Shown piece after piece: positions 52,616-64,000 of a stretch of DNA of 64,000 nucleotides; position 1 is the stretch's first letter; each line of letters begins with the position of its first letter. Location of the stretch: contig OX597842.1 of NCBI GenBank assembly GCA_951406725.2, positions 7,688,001-7,752,000 on the forward strand. Direction: 5' to 3'. Source of the DNA: Octopus vulgaris (lineage: Eukaryota). A program made the translations under genes and the position numbers. The notes beneath the pieces were generated by a model that saw nothing but the letters and a program-made list of their open reading frames with translations, made no database searches and was not told the origin of the DNA.

Positions 52616-53782
52616 TCATCCCACCACTGTTATGCAAAGACACACACACATACACATATATACAACGGGCTTCTTCCAGTTTCCATCTACCAAATCCACT
52701 CACAAGGCTTTGGTCACTCCAAGGCTATAGTAGAAGACACTTGCCCAAGGTGCCACGCAGTGGAACTGAACTCAGAACCATGTGGTTGAGAAACAAGTTT
52801 CTAACCCCACAGCCACACCTACTCCATGCAGGTAACTGCTGATTGTCATAGATTATCTCCCCCTTTTCCATCCGAATCAGCTGCAATTGCTGCTAGGTTC
52901 TTGTTTCCTTTCTCTCGAAGCAAAGGAAACTGCAGTTGATCAAGAATTTATCTTGCATGGTATTTAGTACACCTTGTGTTGTCTCTCTCTCTCTCTCCCT
53001 TTTTCTCTCTCAGCCTCCTTTTCTCCCTCTTTCCCTCTACTCTTCTTCTCTTGCTCTCTTCAGCTTCCTCTATCTCCATCTTTTTCTCTCTCTATATCTC
53101 TTCCTTTCCATCCCTTTCTCTCTTCCTGCCTTTCTTGCTCCATCTCTCTATCTCTCCTTCACAATCCATCTACTCTCTCTCTTGTCGCCCCTCTCCATCT
53201 TTCTCTTTCTCCCTTGTTGTCTCTCTCCATCTCTCTCTCACTCTATCTCTCTTTTGCTATCTCACTCTCTCTCTCTTCCTGTCTTTCTTTCTCCATCTCT
53301 TCATCTCTCTCTCCCCATCTCTTTTCTCTCTCTCTTTCATTACATCTCTCCTGCTCTCTTTACTCTCTCTCCAGCCTCCTCTCCTTTCGCTTTCTTTATC
53401 TCTTCCTCCTCTTCTCTACTCTGTCTCATTCTCCCCCTCTCCACTCTGTCTCCTTCTCCCCCTCTCTCTATCATCTCTATTTTGTCCCCTCTCTTTCTAT
53501 CTCTCTCTCTACTCTTACTTTTCTTCACCCTCTCTCTCTCACCCCATCTCTCCTGCCCTCTCTACCCCTTCTCCACTCTTTCTATTCTTCCTCTTCCTCT
53601 CCCCCTCTACTCCTTTCTCTCACCCCATCTCTCCTGCCCCCTCTCCCCCTCTCCCCTCTCTATTCTTCCTCTTCCTCTCTCCCTCTACTCCTTTCTCTCA
53701 CTCCATCTCTCTACGCTTTCTCTCCTGCTCTCTTCTTCTCCCCAGTCTCCCCTCTCTCCGTCCTCCTTCTCACTCTACTTAC

Positions 53783-53925
53783 ATGAATGCCTTGTAATTG
53801 TTGCCTATCTTCTGCACACGGATGTCGTACTTGCAGTCAATGAATGGCTCTGTGGTGGCATACGACTTGGTCACAGCCACGACACTGGAGATGTCTTGGA
53901 AGGCATGATGGTGGTCGATCTTCAC
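53783..53925 (-). CDS. Syn: Synapsin C-domain exon
   Basis: tttgcag|[47 protein letters not shown]+AT|gtaagt; 143 nt, phase 0/2. Confidence 0.97.
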
Positions 53926-54195
53926 CTGCAAATACACACAAACACACAAACGTATATATATATATAGTCCTTTCTACAATAGGCACAAGGTCTGAAATTT
54001 GGAAGGGTGGGGTAAGTCAATTTCATTGAGCCCAGTGCGTAACTGGTACTTAATTTATTGACCTTGAAAGGATGAAAGGCAAAGTTGACCTCAGCAGAAT
54101 TTGAACACAGAACATAGCAACAGGTGAAATACCACTAAGCATTTCATCCGGTGTGCTAACAATACTGCCAGCTCACTGCCTTACACACATAAATA

Positions 54196-54761
54196 TTGGG
54201 TTGTTTGGAAAGTTCATGCCGATTTTTAAAGGATAGATAAAGGTCAATAAATACTTGCCATTACATTTTTAATCAACCAAATATGAACCATTTTGTTGCA
54301 CAATGCATCTCCATCTTTCCTTTAACTTGAAAATACCCTCTTCCCAGAACTGAGGTGGTTTCATGGCAAAGAATTCATCAAGGTATCATTTTATGTCATC
54401 CAAGGAATTGAAATTTTTACCATTAAGACTATTCTGCAGAGACCTGAATAAGTGGAAATCCAAAGGAGCAATATCTGGTGAATATGGAGGGTGGGGTAAC
54501 ACATCCCAGCCAAGCTGCAGCAATTTTTGTCTGGTTCCCAAAGCATCAAGTGCCGATAATGAACTTTCTTATCTTCCATTTTAAAGGGTTACAGAATTAA
54601 CACAGGTTATAGGAACATAAACCTTCTTCCACGAAAAGATAGCTTAAACTGTGCTCTAACTGGAGGTGTAGTCAAATCCTATTTTATGGACTCAACCATG
54701 TTCTAAAATAAGTCGAAAGGTAAGCTACTATAAATCAGCACGAACTTTCCGGACAACCCAA
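54196..54761 (-). mobile_element. Same 566-bp mariner derivative, second full copy
   Basis: Same TIRs, TA flanks, length and internal deletion as 29656-30221. Confidence 0.92.
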
Positions 54762-54873
54762 TATATATATCAATGATGTAAACATACCTAAATACATACA
54801 TACATATGGTGTACATATATATCAAACCACCTCCTCTATCATTTAGTCATAAGAATAGGTCTCTGAAAGTTTT

Positions 54874-55050
54874 ATGCTTCACCCCTCCCCCTTCTTCCTT
54901 AATGTTAGGACAAAGGTAGGTAGAAGATTCTTGCACTTAGTAGATATCCACTTTCCTAGAACCCTTAAATATAATAAATTCTTTAACAGGTACATGGTTG
55001 AAATTACCTTTTCTTGTCCCCCTAATGTTAAGTCAAATATCAATAAAGCA
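54874..55050 (+). pseudogene. Penelope-like RT-thumb/linker fragment
   Basis: PFFLNVRTKVGRRFLHLVDIHFPRTLKYNKFFNRYMVEITFSCPPNVKS resembles the PLE motif FLxLIDKHFP...FNRNTVKxSYSCxPN. Confidence 0.7.
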
Positions 55051-55861
55051 ACAGATAACTCAAGCCATCCCTGGAAGTACATGTAGAGACAAATATAAAT
55101 GTCCCCTAGGTAGAAATGTGGTAAATACACTGTTGTTTATGATGTTTAGGTTTCAGTGAACTATGGCAGTGGTCAAACTAAAATCAAACGTTATACTTGA
55201 CCAGTGCATATATATATGTATATATAAGAAATAAATAAGATTCAGTTGAATTAGATGATTAAGTTGTGACACCAAGTCAGTCCAGTATTGTCTGCACTGC
55301 TCAAAGTTAGGTGAATAAAAAGCAAATAAGTAACAGGGATGTCCAGGTATCAGTGCATTACGGCCGTTTCAGGCAGCTCCATTTAATTAATCAATGCAAA
55401 CATTACATCAATTTGAAATAACCCGCTTTCCTTGGGTGCCTAAGACCACATAGGTTTTCAACATACAGGATACTCCATTATAACTTTTTAGCAATTGCTT
55501 TTTATATGTATATGTATGTACAGTTCTTACACATACACACACACACACAAACACATGCACACACACATTCACATGCACATGCACGCGTACACGCACACAC
55601 ACACTTCTTACTGGGACCCATTGCACTGCTCTCATGGACTGGTGTTCATATAAGTCATTTGTTTTGGTTTCTCCAACTGGACATCGTTTTCTTCACCAGC
55701 CACTTTACAGAATGTACTGGCTGCAATTTCATGTGGCACCAGCACAGGAGAGGTTGTCAAGTTCCCAGTGAGACAAAACAAGAAAGATGTCTGAACCTTG
55801 CATTTATATATAAGATAATAAATGTATATATATATATGTGTGTATAAATGTGAATACTGAC

Positions 55862-55924
55862 CTTTCCCATACCAGAATGAGCATGTCCAATCTTCACCAC
55901 AACTGGAAATTTTGGAGTGACCAG
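55862..55924 (-). CDS. Syn: Synapsin, C-domain exon (first exon visible in window)
   Basis: ttctccctcag|LVTPKFPVVVKIGHAHSGMGK|gtcagt; 63 nt, phase 0/0; diagnostic synapsin ATP-grasp motif. Confidence 0.96.
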
Positions 55925-56299
55925 CTGAGGGAGAAAAACATTGGTGTAGAGTTAGTGTCTCTTGATCGATAAGACTGGTCATTTAAGGAAGGTAGAATGA
56001 TGGAGAAATAACAACAACAATAACAATAATAATGATGACGATGATGACGATGATGATGATGATGATAATAATTGGAATTGACATGAGGGTAGAGTATGCC
56101 CCCAAAAACTGCTCTGTTGGGGACAGCCAGACTTTTGGGATTGGTGCTTGGGTGTTGAGTACCCTCCATGATACTTAACATCCAAATACTGAGTTTTATA
56201 ATTTGTGGTAAAAGACCCTGTGGGACCTCTCACAACAGGTTGGTGTCTGCTCTCAAAGAATCAACCAGAGCAAGTAAGACCTCTGTGAAGTAAAATATA

Positions 56300-56338
<39 letters not shown>

Positions 56339-56886
56339 TCCTGATGCAGTATAAACAGTGGCTCTCATGGCTTCTCATCTTAACTGATTGGAAGTGTTAT
56401 CATGTACATTGTTTTGTCTTGGTATAAAAGATGGGCTGCAGCAAATATCCTGCTCAATACCACAGATTTGCTTGTCAGTTGTTTGCCCTTAACCAGTTGA
56501 GCATGTCCCTTAGTGGCTGACGATATGTGCATCTCTGATCATGAGCAGAAGTAGCGGGGGAGCATCATAGCCATGTGTTGAGAGGGATTCTTTGGGGTTT
56601 GAGTAATTCACCTCTGGAAACATAGGTGTTTCGTTCAACGTCCTTAAACAGCACTTATTCAGGGACCTTTTGAGTAGGATGGGCTACTCGACCAGAAGAA
56701 AATTCTAACTGGGCCCCACCTGCAAGGTCATGTACTGTTTATCTTAATATAAGATCACCATGTCGCGCACATACGGTTGTGATGCATGTGCCTAACCCTT
56801 ATCAGACGGGTAGTCATGATGGGTATATTGGGCTTCGTATATTTTACCCCAGTGTCATTTTGTTGGCATGCACTGCTCTCTCACTC

Positions 56887-56887
<1 letters not shown>
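56339..56887 (+). mobile_element. Family E copy
   Basis: (GAT)n upstream, (AAT)n downstream. Confidence 0.8.
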
Positions 56888-56947
<60 letters not shown>

Positions 56948-57479
56948 CACTAGAAAAGGGGAATGCATACATACATATGGATAGATTCTAAATAGATTAT
57001 TTTAGTAATCCACAATAACAAAGAAGTCAAAATCAAGTAGACAAACTAGATAAGTGTACTAGATATGTATTGCCTTTCGACAAAATGGCCAGATGTTTCA
57101 ACTTCCATTTCATCAGAGAAGACTCTTCTCTGAACAGATGAAAGTTACATATATGAATACGTATATGTCAACAACAATGAACAATGGAATGTATAAAGTG
57201 TAAGAATAAATAAAGTAGTTGCTGAAAATTGAATCAGGAATACAAAATGTCCAAGCAATTGAAAATTGAATAAAGGAAACTGCGGAAATGCCTACATGCA
57301 ATTTTAAAAACTTGTGAACCTGTGAGTTGAAATATAGCACAGGTTAGAATGTATGAACATGCGTGTAAGTGTATATTTAGGTATGTGTATGTGTGTGGGT
57401 GTGCATATATATATTACGGGTGATGGATATCTACATATATATCTGTAAATGTAATATGTGACAATTATTCGGGAACCAT

Positions 57480-57528
57480 GATAAAACTCTGAGTTTCAGA
57501 TGCTGAGGTGGAAATCTCTTCAGTTATC
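57480..57528 (-). ncRNA. Type I hammerhead ribozyme motif in synapsin intron (sense strand)
   Basis: gataa CTGAAGA gat...atc t GAAA ctc-a-gag TT ttatc; 5-bp stem I; one extra nt before GAAA. Confidence 0.65.
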
Positions 57529-58632
57529 CGGCCATCTGAAAAAATGCTATGAAATGCTGTTTGTTTATATATATATATATATAGATATATATATATATAT
57601 ATATATATATAGATAGATAAAAAATCAATGGAAATTGTAGTTGTGATACCAATGCCAGTGGCACATAAAAAAACCATCTGAACGTGGCCGTTGCCAGCGC
57701 CGCCTTGACTGGCCTCTTTTCCGATGGTACATAAAAAGCACTGACCAATTGTGGCCGTTGCGAGCCCCGCCTGGCATCTGTGCCGGTGGCACGTAAAAAG
57801 CACCCACTACACTCTCAGAGTGGTTGGCGTTAGGAAGGGCATTCAACTCTAGAAGCACTGCTAGATCAGACTGGGCCTGGTGCAGCCCTGAGGCTTCCCA
57901 GACCCTAGTCGAACCGTCCAACTCATGCTAGCATGGAAAGCAGATGTTAAACGATGATAATGATGATGAAATGAAAATGCATGTGTGTTTAGGGTTCTGT
58001 CTGAGTGTGTAACTATATGTAGATATTACACACATAATATGTATGTATTTTACCTGTGCATGTAAAAGTAAAAGTTATAGGGAATTTTAGAGCAATATAT
58101 AGATACATGTATCTATATATTGTAATTAATAGTGTGTATATATATTAGTGAGTATGAATATTACAAAATTAGTGCACAAAAATGCATGCAGTGTTTGTGT
58201 ATACACTGAACATAGAAATATACATACCTATATATAAATGTATATATATATATAAAAGGAAATAAGCTATTCTCAAATGCAGACAGATGACAGATTTTCT
58301 GGCTGTTGACAGATTTTTCTGCAAATCATGGATAATTTATCCTGTTTATGCTATTATATTATTATTATTCTGTGTCTGAGAATAAATTATTTCCTTAACT
58401 GTGTATCTTTCAATACATCTCAACGCTTCTAAAGTAAACTTTGTTTCTTTACTTTGATTGTAAGTTGAATATATATACTTTGATACTTTGATAGGTTTCG
58501 GCCATTATTGGCCCAGGCCATGTCTAACTTAATAGCACCACCTGGTGAAGTCTTTCAAGTCAGAATTTGGGCACTATGGCCCACTCAAGTAGACAGTTAT
58601 TGGGAGTATATATATACATACATACTTATATT

Positions 58633-58688
<56 letters not shown>

Positions 58689-58720
58689 TACATATATTTA
58701 TATATATATACATATACACA

Positions 58721-58768
<48 letters not shown>

Positions 58769-59131
58769 CATACATATATACATATATACATACATATATA
58801 CACATGGATACATATAAATACATATACATACATATATGCATATATGTATATATATGAGTGTATGTGTGTATATATATGTATATGTCTATGTATACAGTGG
58901 CATACACATACCTGATAAATGAAAGGCAAAATGCAGTGAGGTGTAATATAAGTGATAAAAATTGTGATTATACATGCATATATATATGTCTGGGTATATA
59001 TATGTATTAATGTTTGGCACAGCTCCATGTAGCTTAAATTTTCATAGGCTTGTAGAATGAACCTAACACACACACATACATACATACATACATATATACA
59101 TACATACATACATACATACATAAATAAAAAC

Positions 59132-59177
<46 letters not shown>

Positions 59178-59264
59178 AATCCAAACATGAACAAAAGAGA
59201 AAACACAACAACGCGAGGATGTGGAACAAGTATAGTGTTATTGGACGATCAGGAAAGAAGGAGG

Positions 59265-59299
59265 ATTTAACGTTTCGAGCAGAGCTCTTCATCAGAAAC
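59265..59299 (-). ncRNA. Minimal Penelope-type hammerhead motif in synapsin intron (sense strand)
   Basis: gttt CTGATGA a gagc-tct-gctc GAAA cg TT aaat; ACGT palindromic stem III; inside a ~180-bp (TA)n-flanked element at 59171-59350. Confidence 0.75.
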
Positions 59300-59493
59300 A
59301 TAGGAAAAGGAAAGATCCAAGGAAGGGAAGACGGAGAAAGAAAATCGATATATATGTATGGGTAAAAATAAGTTCAAAAGTGAACAATTCAAACTTTTTG
59401 AGAGGTCCAAAAAGAGAGAAAGAATGATTTCTAATAAAGATTCATCATATTCATAAAAAACAGCCAGAGCAAGTCGTAAGAATATGAAAACAG

Positions 59494-59691
59494 TAGTTGT
59501 AAAATATTGTCATAGTATAAATATAGCATAAACAATTATAGAAAAATGGAGGAGAAAAAGATGTTGCGTCAAAATAATATTTAATACAAATTAATTTGTA
59601 TTAAATATAATTTTGATGCAACATCTTTTTCTCATCCATTTTTCTATAATTGTTTATGCTATATTTATACCTATAAAGATATTTTCAACTA
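59494..59691. repeat. ~200-bp spacer-less palindrome
   Basis: Centre aaattaattt at 59588-59597; arms complementary with few mismatches. Confidence 0.9.
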
Positions 59692-59883
59692 TATATATAT
59701 ATATATATATATATATCACTGTGATCACCGTGACCGACCAGGCTATCAGATGCTGCTACACATCGCTGGTCACAATACGCTTCGCATTGTTTTAGCCTTC
59801 AAATGACGCCACCCCGCTGGCTAAGCGAGCAGGCCAATATATATATACATATACACATACATATATGCATACACATACATATT

Positions 59884-60103
59884 ACTCTTTTACTCTTTTA
59901 CTTGTTTCAGTCATTTGACTGTGGCCATGCTGGAGCACCGCCTTTAGTCGAGCAAATCGACCCCAGGACTTCTTCTTTGTAAGCCTAGTACTTATTCTAT
60001 CGGTCTCTTTTGCCGAACCGTTAAGTGACAGGGACGTAAACACACTAGCATCGGTTGTCAAGCGATGTTGGGGGGACAAACACAGACACAAACATATACA
60101 CAC

Positions 60104-60148
<45 letters not shown>

Positions 60149-60300
60149 TACGACAGGCATCTTTCAGATTCCATTTACCAAATCCACTCACAAGGCTTTG
60201 GTCGGCCTGAGGCTATAGTAGAAGACAAGGTGCCATGCAGTGGGACTGAACACAGAACCATGTGGTTTGTAATCAAGCTACTTACCACATAGCCACTCCT
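59884..60300 (-). mobile_element. SINE family A
   Basis: Full-length copy in the large synapsin intron. Confidence 0.85.
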
Positions 60301-60768
60301 ATACACGCACACACACACACACATACACACACACACATAAATGCATACACATACATACATATATAGACCTAGATACAGAGTAACCGAATTTGAAGCAAAT
60401 TCAACATGGCTTCTTGATGTCAGGCTCCTACTGGTCAACTCAGTTTGTATGCTATTACTGTTCTGAAAGCAACATAAATTATTTTCTTTCTTCTTAGGCC
60501 CTTCTTAGTAATGAAGAAAATAATAGATGTGGCTTCAAGACAAATAACACCATGTGAACTGAGTAGACCAATAGAAGGCTAACACCAAGAAGTTATCTTG
60601 AAATGGAGTCACATATTATCACACTCTCTCCAGAGGCTTGATGAGTTAGGTTCACTCTACAAGCCTCTAAAAACTTTAAATTGCATAGAGCTGAATCAAA
60701 TTGTTATTAAATACCACATGTAACCCCAGCCAATTTTGTTGAGCACCATTTTCTTTCATTTGTCTTGT

Positions 60769-60806
<38 letters not shown>

Positions 60807-61149
60807 TATATATACATATATATGTATATATATATAGTTATATATATATACATATACTTATGTTTTGTGTGTGTGTGTGAGTGCCTGCAGGTGCATGGGA
60901 GTGCTGGGTGGTGCTGATGTACATGTAACAGGAAGCTGTGCACAGTTTGGAAATCAAGGTTTGTGTCAAAGGAATCATGTGACTATACCCTTTATTTTGC
61001 GGTAAACTGGGGTTTTAATTTGTGTAACTATCTTGAAGGCATTGGCTCATACCCATCCTGTCCTTGGACCTTGCAGCCTGCAGTAATCTATGAATGGCAT
61101 GCCAATGAGGAATTTCTGTAGTAGCGTGGCTCATCTGATGATATATGAT

Positions 61150-61460
61150 ATCATTGTGATCACCATGACCAGCCAGGCTATCAGATGTTGCTACACATCG
61201 CTGGTCACAATGCACTTCGCATTGTTTTAGCCTTCAAATGATGCCACCCACTGGCTAAGCTAGCAGGCCAACAGAAGAAAGAGTAAGAGAAAGTTGCGGT
61301 GAAAGTGTACAGCAGGGATCGCCACCACCCCCTGCTGGAGCCTCGTGGAGCTTTAGGTGTTTTCGCTCAATAAACACTCACAATGCCTGGTCTGGGAATC
61401 GAAACTGTGATCCTGCGACCGCCAGTCCGCTGCCCTAACCACTGGGCCATTGCACCTCCA
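61150..61460 (-). mobile_element. SINE family C, full-length
   Basis: Reverse complement of the 46051-type element with a single attgtgaccagcgatg unit. Confidence 0.8.
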
Positions 61461-61768
61461 TGATATATATGGCTGCGGCCTTCAAGCTAAAACATTTTTA
61501 AGGATGTATATATATATACATGTGTATATATATATATATATTTATTTATTTATTTATAAATATTTAACTTTCAGAAATTGTCTCCTCTTATCCTTTGTAG
61601 TCATTAACAACTACCATAAGGCTTTTGTTTGCTACCTCTCACTCAGAGAGGAAAAACCAACCCCAGTACATGTAAGTGTACTGACATTATCAAATATGCC
61701 TTGTTAGTCCTGGAAATATGGCAAAAAACCATATTTCTGATATGCTAAGATATATCTTGTTTTGCCAT

Positions 61769-61804
61769 TCACTGAGGACTGATGTTTCGGATCGAAATAT
61801 CTGA
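61769..61804 (+). ncRNA. Minimal hammerhead-like motif
   Basis: tca CTGAGGA ct gat-gtttcgg-atc GAAA ta TC tga; short stems, ATAT palindrome. Confidence 0.5.
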
Positions 61805-62181
61805 TGAGTTCAGAAGGTTGTTATTTGCATGAAACTGGAACTAATACAAAATATTTTGTTTGTAATATTACTCTAAAACAGTGTGTGTGTGTGTGTGCGT
61901 GTGTGTTTTTGTGTGCGTGTGTGTGTGATCGTGTGTGTGTGTGTGTGCATGTGCATGTATATATAGATATGTACACACACACGCACTTATATCTTAGTGA
62001 ATCAGTACCAGGGAATAGGGGAATAGATAAAGGTGTGCACAGCTTCCTGAACATATGATTGGTAACCGTACTTCAAATATCTCGTATATTTACCTGAGAA
62101 TGTACATTGATTCAAATGTTAAGAATAATAAGAATTATTACAATAATAATAATGATAAAAATAATAACAGTGAAGACGATG

Positions 62182-62231
<50 letters not shown>

Positions 62232-62383
62232 CGTATTACTTATATTATTAGTAAATATAAAAAGCCTATCTACACACCAACCCACCTGATTGCATGTTTG
62301 TGCATTTTTATATGTAAATGTATATACACAAAACTCAAAGCCTGTATGTACATACATACATACACACATACACATATATATAT

Positions 62384-62470
<87 letters not shown>

Positions 62471-62798
62471 TACATATATAAATATATGTATGTATATATA
62501 TGTATATATACACACATAAATATGTATACACACTCATATATACTCATATACATACATACATGCATCATGGACACATTAGTTTCAATATACTAAGAACGCC
62601 ACTGCTTTGCTAGACACAACTAATTCATAGCACTACATAATCTACCAGGTACAGGCAAACTAATGCATAATCAAACTAACAGGGGAGACAAGCAGGTTTA
62701 TTTCAAACATGGAAAATGCGAGAAGGACAAAGAAAACTACAGAAAGAAAAGAAAAACAAAACAAAATAAAACAAACCAAAACTGCTGTTTGACTTTGT

Positions 62799-62838
62799 AT
62801 TTCTATATTTCGGGGCTATAACCCCTTCTTCAGGACAT
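62799..62838 (-). ncRNA. Minimal hammerhead motif, left arm of a fold-back element
   Basis: atgtc CTGAAGA a ggggt-tata-gcccc GAAA ta TA gaaat. Confidence 0.7.
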
Positions 62839-62910
62839 ATGGCAAAGGTGAGGGATGGAAAAATAATTGCTTAGATGTATAACAATTTTTCCATCTCTCA
62901 CCTTTTCCAA

Positions 62911-62950
62911 ATGTCCTGAAGAAGGGGTTATGGCCCCGAAATATAGAAAT
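62911..62950 (+). ncRNA. Minimal hammerhead motif, right arm of a fold-back element
   Basis: atgtc CTGAAGA a ggggt-tatg-gcccc GAAA ta TA gaaat; mirror copy of 62799-62838. Confidence 0.7.
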
Positions 62951-63025
62951 AAAAGGTAAAACTGCAACTTTGGTTTGTTTTGTTTCCCTTTTCTTTTGTA
63001 GTTCTGACCTTACACTACAAATTTC

Positions 63026-63064
<39 letters not shown>

Positions 63065-63519
63065 TTTTGTGAAGATGTATGGTGTAGTGTTTAGGGAATT
63101 GTGGTCATATTCAGAAGATTTTGGTTTCAACTCGTAGACCTGGGTACACTGTGTTCTTGAGCAAAACACTTCATTTTATGTTGGTCCAGTTCACTCAACA
63201 GTAAATGATTAATCCTGCGATGGACTGGTGTCCTGTCCAGGGGGAATGGTGTGATCTCAGGCACTCATCTGCTAAGAAAATTGGGCAAATGGCTCCATGA
63301 ATCTGAGGGCTCAAAACAGTACTTTAAACACATACACACATGCACGTACATATACATGTACATATTTGCGCATGTGTATATATTATATATATGTGTGTGT
63401 ATACATACATATACATGTATATATATATATCATATATACTTCATATATGATATATACTATACTACTATACATATACTTATATATATATATTTATATACTA
63501 TGCATATATACTATACATT

Positions 63520-63630
<111 letters not shown>

Positions 63631-64000
63631 ATATAAACTATATGTAATATGTGTGTGTGTGTGTGTGTGTATTCTGCAAACATTTTTAGATACAATACAA
63701 GGGTACATCATTGTGCCATATGACATATCTTGGTGGAGCCCATCCTCATCTTTGTCTGGTCTGGTCTCCAGGCATAGAGACACACAGACAGACAGGCATA
63801 CAGAAAGAAGGAAAGGGTGAGAGAAAGTGTAGAGTGACTGGTATTTTAATTTTATTGACCCAGAAATGACAAAAGGCAATGTAGACCTTAGCATAATTTG
63901 AACTCAGACATCTCTGCTGACAGGCTACTTAGACTGGTCCCAGATGCATGTCTGAACCAAAGTTTTTTGAAAGTAGTGGGGTGTGGTTTGACGTTATCTG

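Larger units (their letters stand above)
62735..63005. mobile_element. Fold-back element with two mirror hammerheads
   Basis: Arms ~62735-62869 and 62883-63005; ~13-nt spacer. Confidence 0.85.

Noticed and set aside
52936-53780. Long Leu/Ser-rich ORFs
   Set aside because: CT-rich low-complexity intron sequence antisense to synapsin.
60498-60591. Plus-strand acceptor followed by short open frames
   Set aside because: No recognisable protein and no partner exons.
60875-61005. SACRCM... as a TIMP N-terminus
   Set aside because: No signal peptide, ATG or HPQ/FC motif, and it follows a (GT)n tract.
61053-61077. Possible synapsin microexon (cag|25 nt|gtatga)
   Set aside because: 25 nt would shift the frame in a phase-0 intron, and the pyrimidine tract is weak.

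Overview
Eukaryotic, AT-rich, microsatellite-saturated genomic DNA. The SINE families and the synapsin sequence point to a coleoid cephalopod, most likely Octopus (inference). Two spliced protein-coding genes were reconstructed by hand on the minus strand. (1) A complete 6-exon, 224-aa secreted ependymin-related protein (EPDR) gene at 602-13354, with a TATA box and an AATAAA signal. (2) The last seven coding exons of synapsin at 43563-55924, covering the distal C domain, a Pro/Gln-rich D domain and the E domain; its upstream exons appear to lie beyond 64000. The rest is transposon-derived: several SINE families, Tc1/mariner relics and MITEs, and Tx1, R4/Dong, RTE, CR1 and Penelope-like fragments, plus satellites. 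The strongest unexplained signal is about a dozen type I hammerhead ribozyme (HHR) motifs, read directly from the sequence. They belong to different short, mostly (TA)n-associated elements, often arranged as fold-back pairs or tandem units, and most have a palindromic or near-loopless stem III. One sits in a ~343-bp retrozyme-like tandem array, and three lie on the sense strand of a synapsin intron. Nearly all ORFs in the supplied track are microsatellite artefacts. No search or folding program was run, and all coordinates were counted by hand.
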